Shown: piece after piece, positions 60,824 to 64,000 of the stretch
Numbering within the stretch: the first letter of the stretch is position 1
Layout of the letters: each line of letters starts with the position of its first letter
NCBI GenBank assembly: GCA_963706445.1
Contig: OY970160.1
Span: forward strand, 1,056,001 to 1,120,000
Direction of reading: 5' to 3'
DNA from: an uncultured Nitrososphaerales archaeon
Lineage (GTDB): Archaea > Thermoproteota > Nitrososphaeria > Nitrososphaerales > Gagatemarchaeaceae
DNA: 64,000 nt
The notes under the pieces: generated by a model
The model's database searches: none
Seen by the model: the letters and a program-made list of their open reading frames with translations, nothing else
Told to the model about the DNA's origin: nothing
Translations under genes and position numbers: made by a program

Positions 60824-62290
60824 ATGAAGATGTTCATACAGGGCCAGCCTGCCGATGCTGAAAGTGCGGCCACCTTCAATGTGTCCAATCCAGCGACAGG
60901 AGAGATAGTCGATTCCGTCCCCAAAGGGGCGAGGGAGGACGCCAAGCGGGCCATAGACTCGGCCCTGGACGCGTTCAAGGTCTGGTCCGAAAAGCCGTCG
61001 ATCGAGCGATCGAGGACATTGCTGAAGATTGCCGAGGTCATGAGAGCCAACGTCGAGGAACTTGCGACAAGCCTGACCTTGGAGCAGGGGAAGCCGATGG
61101 GGGAGTCAAGGAGCGAAATCAATTCGTTCGCAAACACATGTGAGTATTACGCTGGTGTCATCGGGAGGCAGAGGGGAGCTCATACTCCGTTCTCGACGGG
61201 CGAGGGTTTCTTCATCGTCACAAAGCGTCCGATCGGAGTTGTGGGTGCGATCCTGCCATGGAACTTCCCTGTGTCTCTGATGGGGTGGAAGGTCGCTCCG
61301 GGGCTCGCGGCAGGGAACACTTTCGTCGTCAAGCCTGCCAGCACGACCCCCATCACTGACATCAAGGCTGCAAGCCTGATGGTCAAGGCAGGCCTGCCGC
61401 CGGGGGCCGTCAATGTGGTCACAGGCCCAGGTGGGGTAGTCGGGGAGGAGTTGCTGGACAACCCGAAGGTATCTAAAATCGCCTTCACTGGGGAGACCGC
61501 CACAGGCAGAAGGATCATGGCGGGGGCTTCGAAGTACATCAAGAGGCTGACCCTGGAACTCGGAGGCTCTGACCCCATGATAGTCTGCGACGATGCGGAC
61601 CTTCAACTGGCCGTAGAGGGCGCCGCTTGGGGCAGGTTCAGGAACTGCGGGCAGTCGTGCACATCGGTCAAGCGGCTGTTCCTGTTCGATTCGATTGCAG
61701 ACGAGTTCGTCAAAGCTTTCGCTGACAAGGTGAAGACGATAAGGGTAGGCAACGGGATGGACAAGGCGACCCACATGGGGCCCATCCATACCGAGGAGCA
61801 GAGGGAGAAGGTCGAGTCGATGGTCGAGGACGCTGAGAACCGGGGGGCCAAGGACCTGGTCAAGGGGGGGAGGCCGACAGAAAAGGACCTGGCCCGCGGG
61901 AACTTCTACACCCCCACGGTGCTCACCGATGTGAACTATGACGCTCAAATAGCGAAGGAGGAGTGCTTCGGTCCTGCATTGCCGATCTTCGTCGTGAAGG
62001 ACCTTGAGGAGGCCATTGAGCGGGCCAACGACACACCCTATGGTCTGGGGTCATCGGTCTGGACCAAGAACGTGGAAAGGGCCTACCACGCGGCCGAACG
62101 GATACAGGCAGGGACCACCTGGGTCAACTCGCCCCCCATCGCGAGGGCGGAGGTTCCCTTCGGAGGGTTCAAGCAGAGCGGGTTCGGAAGGGAGCTCGGC
62201 ATCGAAGGGCTGGACCACTATTACGAAACCAAGAGCATCCAGGTCCTAGAATACGGCAAAGGGAAGAAGTGGGCCTTCCCCATCGGCTAG
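60824..62290 (+). CDS. NAD(P)-dependent aldehyde dehydrogenase
   Basis: PWNFP, FTGET, LELGG, GQSC (catalytic Cys), EECFGP and PFGGFKQSG motifs. Confidence 0.95.
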   Translation: MKMFIQGQPADAESAATFNVSNPATGEIVDSVPKGAREDAKRAIDSALDAFKVWSEKPSIERSRTLLKIAEVMRANVEELATSLTLEQGKPMGESRSEINSFANTCEYYAGVIGRQRGAHTPFSTGEGFFIVTKRPIGVVGAILPWNFPVSLMGWKVAPGLAAGNTFVVKPASTTPITDIKAASLMVKAGLPPGAVNVVTGPGGVVGEELLDNPKVSKIAFTGETATGRRIMAGASKYIKRLTLELGGSDPMIVCDDADLQLAVEGAAWGRFRNCGQSCTSVKRLFLFDSIADEFVKAFADKVKTIRVGNGMDKATHMGPIHTEEQREKVESMVEDAENRGAKDLVKGGRPTEKDLARGNFYTPTVLTDVNYDAQIAKEECFGPALPIFVVKDLEEAIERANDTPYGLGSSVWTKNVERAYHAAERIQAGTTWVNSPPIARAEVPFGGFKQSGFGRELGIEGLDHYYETKSIQVLEYGKGKKWAFPIG

Positions 62291-62384
62291 GTCGCAGACG
62301 TCAGGGCCACTTGGACAGACTGTAGCATAAGCATTCCAAATTCTCCCCTGAGCCCCAAATGTTTTTGTCGGGCATGCACCCGCT

Positions 62385-62795
62385 GTGGAACAATTGAGTT
62401 CAGCCGTAGCCATGAATTTCGTAGGAAGAATCAACGCCCACGACCTGGATGGCTTGGTCTCTCTAATGGCCAAAGACCATATTTTCATCGACTCTCTCGG
62501 AAATCAATCAGCCCGACCCGGCATCGAGACAGGTTGGAGGCAGTACTTCGAGATGGTCCCCGACTACTGGATCAGAATCGACAGGATGAACGTGCAGGGC
62601 AAAGGAACCGTGCTGATAGGTGCTGCCGGAGGCACCTACGTCTCAAAAGGCGGAAAGCCCCTTGCCGAGAACAGATGGGAGACGCCGGCCGTTTGGACGG
62701 CCGTGATTGTAAACAAGAAGGTGGCGGTGTGGCGGATATATTCAGACGACGAGCCAATCAGGGCAAGGATGAGAGAATCCGGGCCGCCGGACTGA
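62385..62795 (+). CDS. NTF2/SnoaL-like protein
   Basis: INAHDLDGL...FIDSLG...W..YF...PDY...WRIYSD pattern. Confidence 0.75.
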   Translation: MEQLSSAVAMNFVGRINAHDLDGLVSLMAKDHIFIDSLGNQSARPGIETGWRQYFEMVPDYWIRIDRMNVQGKGTVLIGAAGGTYVSKGGKPLAENRWETPAVWTAVIVNKKVAVWRIYSDDEPIRARMRESGPPD

Positions 62796-62807
62796 AGGAG
62801 GGGTCCC

Positions 62808-63224
62808 CTAGGTTTGCGGCTTCGAGGTGATGTTGACCATCCAATGGATACCGAACTTGTCGGTCAGCTGCCCGTAGGTGTCGCCCCAGAACTGCTTTGC
62901 CAGAGGCATGTCGACCTTCCCGCCTTGTGCGAGCCCGTTGAAGATCTTGGTAAGCTTCTCAGCGTCGTCTCCGCCTAGGCTCATGTGCATATTGTCTCCG
63001 AACTTCGCCTGTCGGCTAGGCATAGAATCGCTGGCCATGAAGATCAGCCCTTCGTTCTTCAGTGTCGCATGTATGATCAGGTCGTTCTCCTCAGGCCTCT
63101 GGGCCATCTTCGACTCGGCGAACGTCTGCATCGTCAGCTCTCCTCCGAGGATTGAGTGGTAGAATTTCATCGCTTCGGCAGCCTTCCCGTTGAAAGTCAG
63201 GTAAGGAGTGAGAACTGTGTCCAT
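62808..63224 (-). CDS. VOC/PhnB-like protein
   Basis: PYLTFNGKAAEAM, MASD and FWGDTYGQLTDKFGIHW motifs; ATG at 63224. Confidence 0.9.
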   Translation of the reverse strand: MDTVLTPYLTFNGKAAEAMKFYHSILGGELTMQTFAESKMAQRPEENDLIIHATLKNEGLIFMASDSMPSRQAKFGDNMHMSLGGDDAEKLTKIFNGLAQGGKVDMPLAKQFWGDTYGQLTDKFGIHWMVNITSKPQT

Positions 63225-63376
63225 GGAACCAAAGGCCCGTCGTTCATATTTAAGTGGTGACAGGTGCCACAAGATAGGAAGAGAGGTAGTGGGCCACCTC
63301 CTCCTCTCATGTCACATTGGGCGGCAAGTTTCCGGGCAACGTCTAAATACGTTCACCCGACGCGGTCGTAAAGAAG

Positions 63377-63688
63377 ATGCCACAGTTCGCCAGGATAAAG
63401 CTCACAAGCACCAACCTCCCTGAATTGGAGAAAGTAGCCAACGATATCAGAGAGATCGCGGACAAGACAGGGGTCAAGGTCCGAGGGCCTCAGCCCCTCC
63501 CGACGAAGAAGCTCAAGATTACGACTCGCAGGGCCCCGACGGGCGAGGGGAGCCACACATTCGACCACTGGCAACTAAGAGTGCATAGACGGATCCTAGA
63601 CGTCCAACCTGACGACAGGACCATGAGGCAGATCACAAAGCTCAGGATCCCCGAAGATGTAAAGGTAGAACTGATACTTACTTCCTAG
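63377..63688 (+). CDS. rps10: 30S ribosomal protein uS10
   Basis: ARIKLTS, GPQPLPTKKL and RVHRR motifs. Confidence 0.95.
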   Translation: MPQFARIKLTSTNLPELEKVANDIREIADKTGVKVRGPQPLPTKKLKITTRRAPTGEGSHTFDHWQLRVHRRILDVQPDDRTMRQITKLRIPEDVKVELILTS

Positions 63689-64000
63689 GTCTGCTTCTTC
63701 ACCCAGTCGATGGTCCGCTGGAGTCCCTGCTCCAAGGTCAGCTCGTGGACGTACTCGAGCTCGTTCCTGACGCGGTCCAGGGACGGGTAGCTTATCTGGG
63801 GCTCCGCTTCTAGCTGGGTTCTCGGAGGAGCCAAGTTCAGCGTGGATTTGGAACCTGTCAGCTGTTTGACCGTCTCGGCCAATTCTCTAATGGTCACGGG
63901 CCGCTCGCCGCCGAAGTTGTAGGCCCTGCCCGCTGACTTGTCTTCCTTCAGAATGGTCAGTGCCAGCTTGGCGAAGTTGGAAGCGTGAGTTGGAGATGTG
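63685..64000 (-). CDS. NAD-dependent nucleotide-sugar epimerase/dehydratase, C-terminal part (5' end outside the window)
   Basis: Manual reading: ...GRAYNFGGERPVTIRELAE...LEQGLQRTIDW. Confidence 0.8.
   Translation of the reverse strand, partial: TSPTHASNFAKLALTILKEDKSAGRAYNFGGERPVTIRELAETVKQLTGSKSTLNLAPPRTQLEAEPQISYPSLDRVRNELEYVHELTLEQGLQRTIDWVKKQT

Overview
GC-rich archaeal chromosome segment. The unsplit RNA polymerase largest subunit (Rpo1, A'+A'' in one ORF), unsplit Rpo2 and the rpoH-rpoB-rpoA-eL30-nusA-uS12-uS7 order suggest Nitrososphaerota (Thaumarchaeota). High GC and heterotrophic genes suggest a non-ammonia-oxidising lineage; both assignments are inference. Housekeeping content includes guaBA, the RNAP/ribosomal operon, ilvE, acnA, kdpABC, pyk, a Hef-type helicase, nth, acs and uS10. 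A ~6 kb island (arsM, acr3, arsC, arsR, a Zn-finger microprotein, a possible catalase relic, katG) sits at the 3' end of tRNA-Leu(TAG) and is closed by a 14-bp exact (21/24 extended) direct repeat. The best candidate for an undescribed system is at 56.1-62.3 kb: a two-subunit aconitase X whose large subunit appears to lack two of the three usual Fe-S cysteines, clustered with a HAD phosphatase, an atypical enolase-superfamily enzyme, an Fe-ADH and an ALDH. Other notable signals: rpoH has no canonical start codon (probable ATA start), a Pat-like GNAT/acyl-CoA-ligase fusion has a degenerate GNAT next to acs and satP, an alpha/beta hydrolase has Gly at the nucleophile position, and an ABC permease is frameshifted. 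No CRISPR array, rRNA, integrase or transposase was recognised. All family calls come from motif recognition by eye; no searches were run.
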